In this document: one piece after another, positions 50,001 to 57,977 of the stretch
Numbering within the stretch: the stretch's first letter is position 1
How the letters are laid out: every line of letters begins with the position of its first letter
DNA from: Nitrosopumilus sp.
GTDB lineage: Archaea; Thermoproteota; Nitrososphaeria; Nitrososphaerales; Nitrosopumilaceae
DNA: 64,000 nt
NCBI GenBank assembly: GCA_965205215.1
Contig: OZ242041.1
Location: 1,184,001-1,248,000, forward strand
Direction of reading: 5' to 3'
Notes under the pieces: model-generated
What the model was told of the DNA's origin: nothing
Seen by the model: the letters and a program-made list of their open reading frames with translations, nothing else
The model's database searches: none
Translations under genes and position numbers: made by a program

Positions 50001-51966
50001 GTTCACGGCGCCCGACGACTCGGCCACCCTCACATTCAGGTTTGCGGCCACCTCCGGCCCCGCCACCGCGGCTGACGACGTCACCATAACGGTCGTCGCG
50101 CGCGAGATGGTGGTCGCCGACGCGGGGCCCGACCAGTCAGTCGACCCGGGCGACGCCGTACATCTTGACGGCACCCGGTCGGCGGGCGAGGCCCCCCTGG
50201 CGTACTCGTGGACCCAGACTGCGGGGCCCGTCGTGCTCATAACCGCCGCGGGCACGGCCTCCCCCTCGTTTGAGGCCCCCGACTTCCGCGCGTCGCTCAC
50301 ATTCGAGCTGACCGTAACCGACGCGGACGGCGGCACGGACACGGACACCGTTACGGTAACGGTCCGCAACATCGTACCCGTCGCGCACGCCGGGTACGAC
50401 CGGAACGTCGGCGAGGAGATGACCGGGACGCTTGTCGGCTCGAGATCGTACGACCCGGACGGCGACCCCCTCACGTATTCCTGGACCCAGACTGCCGGCA
50501 GCCCCGCCCTGGCCCTCTCCGATTACAGCGCGGCGAACCCGACGTTTGCCGCCCCCCGGGTCTCGGCGGACACCCCGTTCACCTTCCGGCTTACCGTATC
50601 CGACGGGCTGGCCTCGGACACTGACACAGTCGTAATAACGGTAAGGGACGACAACGTGAACCGCACCCCCGACGCGCGCTCGGGGCCGCACCAGACGGTC
50701 CGCGAGGGCGAGACCGTATACCTTGACGGCGCCGGCTCGTCGGACCACGATACCGGCGACGTGCTGCGGTACTCGTGGGAGCAGACGGCGGGAAGCCCCG
50801 AGGTTGCGCTCTCCGACCACACCGCGGCGAGCCCGACGTTCGTCGCGCCCCAGGTCGGCTCGTACACGGAGCTCACGTTCACGCTTACCGTATCCGACGG
50901 GCTGGCCACCGACACGGACACCACGACCATAAGGATACTCGACGTGCCCCGCAACAGCCCGCCGGCCGCGGACGCGGGTGCGGACCAGACGGTCACGGAG
51001 GGCGACACGGTCCGCATGTACGCCACGCGCTCGTCTGACCCGGACGACGGCGACTACCTCAGGTATTCGTGGAGCCAGACTGCCGGCCCCGCAGTCGCCC
51101 TGTCGAGCACCGGCTCGTCGTGGCCCACGTTCACGGCGCCCGACGTGCTGTCGGACACCGCCGTCACATTCGAGCTTACCGCGACCGACAGGAGGGGGGC
51201 CACGGACACGGACACCGTTACCATAACCATACTGGACGTACCCGAGACGGACGCCGACCCGATCCTCACCATCGTGCATGAGCGCGCAAGCGTCAAATCG
51301 GGCGACCACTCCACCAGCTACAAGTCCGACGCCCGCTGCTGGGACCTCGAGGACGGGGACATCTCCAACCTTGTAACCACGTCCGTGGCGTTCCACCCAA
51401 ACGGCAGGGCTACCATATCCTACGAGTGCACCGACAGCGACGGCAACCGCGACACGACCGTGCGCATAGTCGCGGTGTCCGGCTCGGCCCCGCCCGCGCT
51501 GTACCTGAACGGGCTTCCCCTGGTGGAGGTCGCGCAGGGCTCCTCATATGTGGACGCGGGCGCCACCTGCGTTGACCCCGAGGAGGGCGACATCAGCGGC
51601 AGGGTCAGGGCCTCGGGTACGGTCGACACCTCCCGCGCGGGCACCTACACCGTGTTCTACTCGTGCTATGACGGCGACGGCAACGGCGACACCGGCGTCC
51701 GGATAGTGATTGTACAGCCCGCGGGCGCCGACCTGGCCCCGAGGCTGACGGTGCCCGGCGACGTCACCGTTGCGGTGGGCGGCTCGTTCACGCCGCCCGC
51801 GGCCACCTGCACCGACGCCGAGGACGGGGACATCACCCACAAGGTAGGGGTCGACGACTCCGCGGTCGACACCTCCACGCCCGGCAGGTACACCGTATTC
51901 TACACCTGCGCCGACTCGGCCGACAACTTTGTCTCCGGCTCCCTGTACGTCAGCGTCAACCCGTAG
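44008..51966 (+). CDS. giant surface/secreted protein (2652 aa): signal peptide, two beta-propeller regions, many PKD-like domains, DUF285 block, C-terminal DUF5011-like domains
   Basis: MGRRRF + hydrophobic signal; SD AGGTG at 43995-43999; repeat motifs shared with 29612..38845. Confidence 0.92.
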   Translation: MGRRRFAQTLCLAAILALAAAALAAPEGLAEPALAQALLDNPVAAGSIADTGDILLREATKITTFEVDGTVYAIVTITSETSHAGIQILNLSNPAAPTAAGNLSDTADLLLTFSHDAAVFTVSGNTYAAVTSPGDGGVQMLQLADSGGLLANPTAAGNIEDGGGRLLGNAKDISLFEVSGATYAAVAGGARFGDNGVQMLKLTSDTGTLLANPRDAGKIADNNSLLLEGADGIATFEVSDAIYAAVAAGRDDGVQMLKLTNDAGTALLSSPEDAGKIADGGSLLLDGADGIATFEVSGAIYAAVAASGDNGVQMLKLTNDAGTALLANPTDAGNIEDGGSLLLDNPDDITILTASGTIYAAVTASGDNGVQMLKLANSSGLLANPEDAGKIEDDGDTLLESPTGIATFEDSGTTYAAVAALFEDGVQILQLTAAGTPADNTAPTVDAGAAQTVSEGDMVTLTGTATDPDDSDVLTYAWTVSPATPAITINDDDALSTTFTAPEVTTDTDFVFTLTVNDGTVDVSDTVTVTVSNVNRAPIADAGGDLIVAQGVTVMLDGTGSYDPDGGVLDYTWLSIGNVVTLTGGNTATPTFTAPSSTATFIIALVVNDGEHNDRDEITVTVPALPVSDAGSDVPALAGDTVALNGTGSTGTALTYFWNQTAGPDVTLDFIDVRPVGWIGDTEPDGLLLHNPLGVAAFEHGGTPYVVAAANVDNAVQVIDMSDPASPAAVGNLTDGDSRELSGPRGIDIFEHGGTIYAAVTAERDDGVEIVSLADPANPAGVGRLTNDNNRELNGPRGIDIFELGGTAYAAVAGRDDDGVQIISLADPANPAAAGKIGRGANVQLDNPEDVAVFGHSGATYAAVTATNDDTVLILKLTDGSGQLLADPVVAGLLEDNSTLALEDPRNIDIFEAGGTAYAAVASSSDHGVQIISLADPANPAAAGKIVASDGSGLHLGTAYGIDIFEVNGAPYAAVTAQAGLGNVEIIDLSDPANPERVGDFHSNATFQLPNTNGVAAFEVGTKTYAAVTSADFVDIPLNGIRVLELADRAAPRFTAPAAPATLEFDLAVTDAASQADTDSVTVAVRDPFVTTWNTTAANQAIKIDVGTSTAPYDVDWGDGSAQTGVTGDQTHTYGEAGIHTVSITGGLEQFRLGDTDRANRERLASIEQWGDVGWTGMRDAFRGASNMAYNAADSPDLSGVTDMGGMFREATAFNGDISGWDTSGITDMSDAFNGARSFNRTLSDWNTSSVTDMGNMFNGAHAFNGDISGWDTSRVTDMGGMFNGAIAFNRDINTVTDTATGETRWDTSSVTDMGRMFSGAAAFNGNVSAWDTSSVTDMNRMFFSAQAFDQDIGAWDVSAATDMDRMLTGATAFSQNLGKWYVTLDTDAPRVSDTDRVAGTISAQNSVLDGHSPSYAAAAEGDSAKFEVTAAKVLRLKDGQTVTPDTTLEVTVTVNGTGVLGTGNSVTVPVAAAASANTAPTVNAGTDRAVNERTVVTLAGTATDPDTGDSLTYAWTVSPASPAITITNSDALSASFTAPEVTSDTDFVFTLTVNDGTVDATDTVTITVSNVNRAPTADAGADQAVNEREAVTFDGRGSSDPDGDDLTYSWSQTAGSPTASPTSTDGPILAFVAPEVSSDAVLTFTLTVSDGGSLSGTDTVNVTIRNVNLPPTADAGADQAADENTVVTLDGSGSSDPDGDRLLYSWKQTAGSPTVSLSSNTAQSPTFTAPAVNAETALTFRLAVSDGTADVDTDTVVVTVRDVSDLTVSAGADRDVDEGDTVTLAATVSNATLRVTFEWTTDSSIAISDDDTRSASFTAPMVDSDTDYTFTVTATDGNKTATDSVVITVLDVPLAVDAGEDRTADEGSTVDLAGTVEGASLQVSFAWTTDSGIALSGSGTRSASFTAPMVDADTQYTFTLTATDGAETASDTVTITVADSLPLEADAGRDRTVRGGDSVTLTGTVRNAASSSPTYSWTQTAGTPAVSLSGSSTPAATFTAPDDSATLTFRFAATSGPATAADDVTITVVAREMVVADAGPDQSVDPGDAVHLDGTRSAGEAPLAYSWTQTAGPVVLITAAGTASPSFEAPDFRASLTFELTVTDADGGTDTDTVTVTVRNIVPVAHAGYDRNVGEEMTGTLVGSRSYDPDGDPLTYSWTQTAGSPALALSDYSAANPTFAAPRVSADTPFTFRLTVSDGLASDTDTVVITVRDDNVNRTPDARSGPHQTVREGETVYLDGAGSSDHDTGDVLRYSWEQTAGSPEVALSDHTAASPTFVAPQVGSYTELTFTLTVSDGLATDTDTTTIRILDVPRNSPPAADAGADQTVTEGDTVRMYATRSSDPDDGDYLRYSWSQTAGPAVALSSTGSSWPTFTAPDVLSDTAVTFELTATDRRGATDTDTVTITILDVPETDADPILTIVHERASVKSGDHSTSYKSDARCWDLEDGDISNLVTTSVAFHPNGRATISYECTDSDGNRDTTVRIVAVSGSAPPALYLNGLPLVEVAQGSSYVDAGATCVDPEEGDISGRVRASGTVDTSRAGTYTVFYSCYDGDGNGDTGVRIVIVQPAGADLAPRLTVPGDVTVAVGGSFTPPAATCTDAEDGDITHKVGVDDSAVDTSTPGRYTVFYTCADSADNFVSGSLYVSVNP
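47596..48150 (+). repeat. DUF285 block 3: 7 repeats, one with a 10-aa insertion
   Basis: 25-aa period in translation. Confidence 0.88.
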
Positions 51967-52239
51967 GTCCGGTTGCCGCCGCCGCTGCTGCTGCTGTTGA
52001 TACGGCGCCAGAGTCCGGCCTTTTGCAGGCCCGCCATCCCCGGACGCGGACTATCCGCGCGGAACACGGGGAGTCTGCGCACCTGACGGCCGGACGGTTG
52101 GAATTGTAACGTTTCGGCCGACAGGCGGCCCGGACCTGTTTCGCGCCCGCCCCTGAATGATTTGGGTGAAGACGGGGCGGGCGCTGACAGGGATCCCAGC
52201 TGTCATGCGCGAGGGTGTCCGTGCCCGTGCCCCCACCTC

Positions 52240-52375
52240 TGCCTGACGCCTGCCAGAGTCGACAGAGTCGACAGAGTCGACAACTTTGTCGACACCCGTG
52301 CCTGACGCCTGCCAGAGTCGACAGAGTCGACAAAGTCGACAAAGTCGACAAAGTCGACAACTTTGTCGACACCCG
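52240..52375. repeat. nested tandem repeat containing ten GTCGAC palindromes
   Basis: Two units TGCCTGACGCCTGCC-(ARAGTCGAC)n-AACTTTGTCGACACCCG with n=3 and n=5. Confidence 0.9.
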
Positions 52376-52502
52376 CGCCTGCAATCTTGCAGTCCGTAGT
52401 CTGGAAGATGAAGATTCGTCACGGGTAAAGGGTATCGGGTTCTTGATCAAGGACACTGCATGCGACATAACTAGGACGCTGTTTCGTCAAAGAACAGAAA
52501 AG

Positions 52503-52527
52503 TGGACCGGGTGGGGTTCAGATCCAC
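52503..52527 (-). other. degenerate tRNA 3'-end remnant (Ala-like), possible att site
   Basis: Minus strand GTGGA-TCTGAAC-CCCAC-CCGGTCC-A resembles T-arm + acceptor strand + discriminator; followed by a T-rich tract; near the GC shift. Confidence 0.4.
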
Positions 52528-52703
52528 AGTGGATCTTAATCCCTTTCATAACGGCAGAAAGCGAACTGGGACGCTTACAATATCCCTACTCTCCTTTTTT
52601 TCTAAACGAATTATTGCATATTCTGTAGGCATAGTTTGAAACCACTTCGGTCGTCTTACGAGAATCAACCGCTTATGGTTTTCTGACATTGTCTAACGTT
52701 AAA

Positions 52704-53441
52704 TTAGATTAGTTTTGTATGTCGAATTTTTTCAATCAAGTTAACCAGCATCTCACCCTGATTGGATCTTTTAAAGTCCACGTAAGTTGCCCTAGTTTGT
52801 ATGTTCGAGGGTATCTCCGTACCTTCTTCGACGATCAAAATGGTCGGTTTTCCAGTAGCCTGTCCTATCTCATCAATAACATTCTGGGCGGACTGGAATT
52901 TTGCATTTTTAGTTTCGGTGTCTTTTGTGAGCATGGCAAGAAGCGCGTTGGATTCGTCTATCATTCTGCTGATTTGTACACCTGGTGGCAGATCCGGCTT
53001 GCCTCTCTCGGAGGCGGACACGACCGTAAAGCCCATGGCTTTCATGAACCTACTGACAAGACTGTACAGGTCGTCATTCTCCGGCCGCATGGAATAGCTG
53101 ATAAAGACGGTAAATCCTTTCAGCGAGAACGGGGGGAGGCCTTCTTTCAATGGTACGACTGTACGTAGCTCACCTTCAATCAATCTGTAGCGGTATTCTC
53201 CGCTGATACCTACATCACTATAGATGACAAAGAGTCCTGATTTCCCTTCAATATTTTTGATATTTTTCAGTCCAACGATTTCCGATCCAAACGGCTTAAT
53301 CACTTGCACGTCGGTTTCATGTACAACGCCACCGTTTGAGTCATAAAACTTGATGGAATACTTTCGTTGTTCGTCTGACATGTTTGTCATGAAGATTTCA
53401 CTACCTTCCCATAATATGTCGTATTGACCGGTAAGATACAT
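52704..53441 (-). CDS. TIR-like (CAP12/Pycsar-effector type) domain protein with N-terminal beta-rich domain
   Basis: VFISYS, QNVIDEIG (catalytic Glu position), EIPSNI. Confidence 0.75.
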   Translation of the reverse strand: MYLTGQYDILWEGSEIFMTNMSDEQRKYSIKFYDSNGGVVHETDVQVIKPFGSEIVGLKNIKNIEGKSGLFVIYSDVGISGEYRYRLIEGELRTVVPLKEGLPPFSLKGFTVFISYSMRPENDDLYSLVSRFMKAMGFTVVSASERGKPDLPPGVQISRMIDESNALLAMLTKDTETKNAKFQSAQNVIDEIGQATGKPTILIVEEGTEIPSNIQTRATYVDFKRSNQGEMLVNLIEKIRHTKLI

Positions 53442-53693
53442 AACATATCAATAGTTGACTGGTATTTATTACGCGCGACGGCAGGTCTTGCAAAATGGGA
53501 TCAGTCACCTCAGACAGCTGGCTGGCATGGCGTTTTTACTATCGAACGCCAAGCAGTATTGACTCGTCACGGTATGGACAGTGACAAGTATGTAAAATGC
53601 CGCAAGATAGACGCGTCCCAATCTCTCCCGTAATATGAGAAAGAGCCCTTCATCTATTCCGTATACGTCGATTACGCATAAACTCTAACCTAC

Positions 53694-53725
53694 AAGATCT
53701 TCATATGTCGATATATGAAGATCTT
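53694..53725. repeat. 32-bp palindrome (13-6-13)
   Basis: AAGATCTTCATAT-GTCGAT-ATATGAAGATCTT. Confidence 0.85.
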
Positions 53726-53768
53726 TTCGTTGAATTACATTGTATGATTCTGTACTTTTTGCACATTC

Positions 53769-54533
53769 TCAACTGCTGGCGTCGCTGTACGCTTCTGCCT
53801 TCCCTTCGCAAGATAGGCGCAAGACGGTGGAACCGTCGCAGTCGGGCATCTCCCTGCTGTCTTCCCCCATCTTGGCCGAGATGCGGAACCTTCCAGAGAT
53901 GGCCATGGCCCCCTCTTCCTCGTATGGGGCGGGGCCTACCGTGGAGCCGTCTTCTGCGAGGCGGAGCGACAGGGTCATGCGATCCTGCTCTACTTCCTTG
54001 GCTTGGCGGTGGATGCTGTCGATTCTAAACCCGTCCCGCATGCGTCCGAACAGGGGGGTCATGATCTCATCCTTCAGTTCCCTTATGTGCCATGGTAGGC
54101 TGCACACCTCTGCCGCCTTGTCCTGGTCATATCCTGCTCCTTCTGGATCCGCATCCAATCGAACTATCCTGCTCTCTTCCGGGATTATTGTGGAGTCGGT
54201 ATAGTATATCTTGTACATCCGGCCCGGGCTGCGGACAAAGACCTTGCCGTCCTTGATTGCATCCTTCCCTGTACGAGATATGGAGTACTTGCCGTCGTAT
54301 GCTTCTATCAACTCCTCTTTTTCGCAAATCTCAAGGATCTTTTTACTCACCGGCTCCATTCCCGGAAAGAGCTCAGAGGAGAGTGACTCTGCACTGGCTC
54401 TGCCCCGCATGTCCCTTACGTGCAGCAGTACCGGCAGAATGTACCGGTGCGTGGGTATGGATATCTCAGCGTATACTATGTAGCATTCCAGCTTGATCTC
54501 TGCATCCGTCTCCATTCTGTTCATAGCCTTCAA
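53769..54533 (-). CDS. hypothetical protein (possible winged helix), coupled to the helicase
   Basis: 4-bp overlap with helicase stop; L....LI......Y.IS..G wHTH-like segment. Confidence 0.65.
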   Translation of the reverse strand: MKAMNRMETDAEIKLECYIVYAEISIPTHRYILPVLLHVRDMRGRASAESLSSELFPGMEPVSKKILEICEKEELIEAYDGKYSISRTGKDAIKDGKVFVRSPGRMYKIYYTDSTIIPEESRIVRLDADPEGAGYDQDKAAEVCSLPWHIRELKDEIMTPLFGRMRDGFRIDSIHRQAKEVEQDRMTLSLRLAEDGSTVGPAPYEEEGAMAISGRFRISAKMGEDSREMPDCDGSTVLRLSCEGKAEAYSDASS

Positions 54534-56977
54534 CCCCCATGTACAGGCGTGTTCTTGGCAAGTGCGCCCATCAACGATCTTGAGCGGATCATGGCGCTTC
54601 TGTCCCCCACAATCACGTTCTGGTACCGCGCCCTTGTTATCGCGACGTTGATACGGTTGGGATTTTCAAGAAAGAGCGTGGGGTGGTTGTTTGCGATGCT
54701 CAGGAACACCAGGTCAGCCTCGTGCCCTTGAAAAGAGTCCAGCGTGCGGCATTGGATTGTCACGATCTCCCTATCGCCGTCCCGCAGCGCAAATTCGTAT
54801 CCACTCTTGGGCTGCGCGATCCTTTTGATGTGGGACAGTATGGTCTGCTGCTGCCTTGTGTAAAACGCCAGTATGGCCACCTCCCACGGCAGGCCGTGAT
54901 CTGGCTTGGCGATGCCCGCAAACGTGTGGAATTTTACCAGTTCGTCCACTATGCGTTCGGCCTCGGCCTCGGATCTGTTCTGGGCAGCACCCCTGACGTC
55001 GATCCAGATTGACCTCTTTTCGAATTCGTCGTACTGCCACTCCCGTTCGGATCCCACGGCCTCTGGGGTCTCAAGTGCCCGCCCTTCGTACACGTGCGCC
55101 CGGGGAAACTCTGCTATCTCGGGGTGCATCCGGTACTGTCGTTGTAAGAGCACGTGCCGCTTTGCAAAGTCTTCTTCCGGGATGCCCTCTGTCATGATCG
55201 TGTCCTCCCTTGCCCCATAGCCGTACTGGAGCAGCTGCAGAATGGACGGGAGTGCAATCTTTTTGACGTCTTCCAGCCTGAGGCGCACGGCCTTGTCGTC
55301 TGCCGGCATGAGCCTCTCGATCTCCTGGCTGACCCGGTGCCCCGAATCATCCTCGTGTCCGGACAGCGATATGATACGCCACGCCATCTGCGCCCCCCAC
55401 GTAAGGTCCTTGTCCGGCCCGTTCCGCGGGAGACGGACCCTTGGCTTTTTCTGGTTTAGTTTGTCACGTATCTCGTCGTATCCCCTGATTATGACACGCC
55501 CGGAGTTGGCGTCTTGGAAGAAGCCGCTGCCAGCTTTTGATATGGAGTCTGCCGTTCCAACCACGATTCCCTTCCATGCATGCCCCGGCGGCCTGTCGTC
55601 GGCATCGTGCAGGGCGACCCCGTGCTTGTCGCACTGGCGCCTGTATGCGTCTTTCACAGGCTGATCCTCCACGACCGCTATGATGCGTCGGTCTCCACTG
55701 GAGGCCAGAAACGCGTCGAGGCACGCCTGGCCCTCCTCGCGCCCGATGCATGCGTTGACATGCAGGCCAAATTCTTCCTGGCTTGTGTGGGGGGCAAGCT
55801 GTTTGGTATCCCCCACTATTATCCAGCGCTTGGCGTGCAGAGCCGGAACCAGAAATTCCTGAAACGTGGTCTTGGAGGCCTCGTCGAGTATCATGACGTC
55901 GAACATGTCTGTGCTGCGATCTCTGATGTCAGGGTGCTGGAGTATGCCCATGGTTGTCCCACACACGAGGTTTGCGCAATCTCGCGCCATGCTTCCTATG
56001 GTGTCGTCGTGCTGGATCTGCTCGTACAGGGCTCTTTGCGCCTCGTTTTTGTCAGGAATATTATCAAGATGATTGGATATTTTTTCCTGCATTGTGTTTA
56101 CGCACGTGTCGTACAGGTACCCACGCACGAGATCGGAGATCTTCTCCGAGTCGCCTATCCTCAGCGGTATGATGTTGGAGTCGGTAGGCTTCTTTGTGTA
56201 CTGGTCTGTGATCTTTTCCAGTAGGTTGTCCACCGCTATGTGAGTCGACGCGCAAAACAGTACGCGTTTTCCCCGGCGTACAAGCTGGTAAACCAGCTCG
56301 CAAAGTGCGGTGGTTTTGCCAGAGCCTGGCGGTCCTTCCAAAAATCCAAAGTCCGGAGTGGCGAGGGCCTTTTTCACGAATTTCTTCTGTTGGTCAGAGC
56401 CATCGCGTCCGTCCAAGACAAACCACTTGTTTACGCGCTGCTCCTCCACGTCTTTCAGCGCCACTCGATCCCTGTCGTAAAAGATCTTTAACAAGGCGGA
56501 ACTCTCCGGCCGTGGCTTATGTAGCAGGGACTCTATGGCCCTCTTCTGGGCTATCATCGTGTGTGTGTTGTGGTAGACTCTCAGCTTTTCGGTTCTTGGT
56601 TTGCGCGCTAGCTGCCACCTTCCGTCAATGTCACGTTCAATGATGCTGATTTTTGACTCGTCGTTCTGATCTCTGTCCATGTCCTCGTATACATGCTTTA
56701 CATGATCTTCGCTCATAACGTGTCGCCGGTCTTCATCGCTCATCTTGCCTGGTTTGATCCATACAGGTTTGTCATGCCGTGTTTTTTGCCCGGAATTGAT
56801 CCCGTGCGGTGACTCGTACGTATAATCAAATATTATGGGATTTTCCCGATAGTACTTTGTTATGAGTTTGAGGTACTGCAGGTATGGCTGCAATCTCTCT
56901 TTCACCTGCTTTTTGTTGTAGCTGGAGTCCTCGTCTTCCATGACCTCCTTGTAGAGATCAGAGGTTGTGTATGGCAT
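54530..56977 (-). CDS. Upf1/DNA2-like SF1B helicase (AAA_11/AAA_12)
   Basis: GPPGSGKT, DEAS, GD..QL, QYRMHP.I, DSFQGHE, NVAITRAR. Confidence 0.9.
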   Translation of the reverse strand: MPYTTSDLYKEVMEDEDSSYNKKQVKERLQPYLQYLKLITKYYRENPIIFDYTYESPHGINSGQKTRHDKPVWIKPGKMSDEDRRHVMSEDHVKHVYEDMDRDQNDESKISIIERDIDGRWQLARKPRTEKLRVYHNTHTMIAQKRAIESLLHKPRPESSALLKIFYDRDRVALKDVEEQRVNKWFVLDGRDGSDQQKKFVKKALATPDFGFLEGPPGSGKTTALCELVYQLVRRGKRVLFCASTHIAVDNLLEKITDQYTKKPTDSNIIPLRIGDSEKISDLVRGYLYDTCVNTMQEKISNHLDNIPDKNEAQRALYEQIQHDDTIGSMARDCANLVCGTTMGILQHPDIRDRSTDMFDVMILDEASKTTFQEFLVPALHAKRWIIVGDTKQLAPHTSQEEFGLHVNACIGREEGQACLDAFLASSGDRRIIAVVEDQPVKDAYRRQCDKHGVALHDADDRPPGHAWKGIVVGTADSISKAGSGFFQDANSGRVIIRGYDEIRDKLNQKKPRVRLPRNGPDKDLTWGAQMAWRIISLSGHEDDSGHRVSQEIERLMPADDKAVRLRLEDVKKIALPSILQLLQYGYGAREDTIMTEGIPEEDFAKRHVLLQRQYRMHPEIAEFPRAHVYEGRALETPEAVGSEREWQYDEFEKRSIWIDVRGAAQNRSEAEAERIVDELVKFHTFAGIAKPDHGLPWEVAILAFYTRQQQTILSHIKRIAQPKSGYEFALRDGDREIVTIQCRTLDSFQGHEADLVFLSIANNHPTLFLENPNRINVAITRARYQNVIVGDRSAMIRSRSLMGALAKNTPVHGG

Positions 56978-57261
56978 GCGTCTTCATTCCCTTGTACTAT
57001 CCTACAGGCATTCATGTTGGAACTTTATAAAGAATCTGGCAGTTTCAATATTTGGAAAAGTACTAACCGCTGTTGGGCAATCCAGAGCAGATCAGATTCA
57101 TCATAAAGAATGATACGATCAGTGACGAGACTATTCTGATCTGATGCACATAACCACTTGACAAGGACATCCCAAAAGCCGACTAACCAAGTTTGCAAGC
57201 GGATCGGAGAACGACAAGCTTAAATCAAAGATTCTATTACAAGGAATTTGACGGTGATCCA

Positions 57262-57543
57262 ATGATAAAAAAGAAAAGTTACGGAACATCTTCAGAAAAA
57301 AAGCTAGAAGAAAAATCACGACAAGTACTTAAAACATGTACTATTACTAAAATTGACCCCACACGATACCAAATAACGTCACAATCAGATAAGAACAAAT
57401 GCTATACGGTCAGATTTGTGAATACGTGGCAGTGCTCGTGCAAATACCATACTAGTGGCCATGGTGACTGCAAGCATATCATGGCCGTTCAAACTATCAA
57501 AAGAATGGGTGACATGGGATTTGGTGGGATAACAACGTCATAA
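57262..57543 (+). CDS. short SWIM zinc-finger protein, possibly a transposase remnant
   Basis: W.CSC.........CKHI.AV motif. Confidence 0.65.
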   Translation: MIKKKSYGTSSEKKLEEKSRQVLKTCTITKIDPTRYQITSQSDKNKCYTVRFVNTWQCSCKYHTSGHGDCKHIMAVQTIKRMGDMGFGGITTS

Positions 57544-57892
57544 TATGAAAGAATATGATGTAAAGTAACTATACCTGTTCAAGTCGCACTTGAATTTATC
57601 ATCGGATGTACATGTCATGTTTATTTGTGATTGCAGATTTGTTGCCTCGTTGCCTGATGCCGAATCGTAGTTGAACCACGGCATCATGTACTGCGCAGTA
57701 CGGTGGTTCAAAGTTGAGGTGGGTGCGGACTCGGTGTAATCCGAATCCACAGTGAACCCTAATTCCTTTCATAACTGCAGAAAGCGAACCTAGGCGCTTA
57801 CAGGCTCTTGCCACATTTTTATCAAAAAAGTTACGTTGGATTTTGCAAGTGTAGGTTTTGAGGTTGCTATGGTTTTCCCATAGAACATGGGG

Positions 57893-57977
57893 CGCGGAGG
57901 GGGGGATTCGAACCCCCGCACGCTGACGGCGCCCTCATTCATCGGATGAGCGCCCTACCAGACTAGGCAACCTCCGC
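57893..57977 (-). tRNA. atypical class II (Ser-like body) tRNA with anticodon loop CCGATGA (GAT at 34-36, C33); may be a pseudogene
   Basis: Cloverleaf: GCGGAGG/CCTCCGC acceptor, GCCT/GGGC D-stem, CTCAT/ATGAG anticodon stem, long variable arm, GGGGG-TTCGAAT-CCCCC, G73. Confidence 0.75.

Noticed and set aside
52240-52375. GTCGAC array as a CRISPR array
   Set aside because: 9-bp units with no unique spacers.
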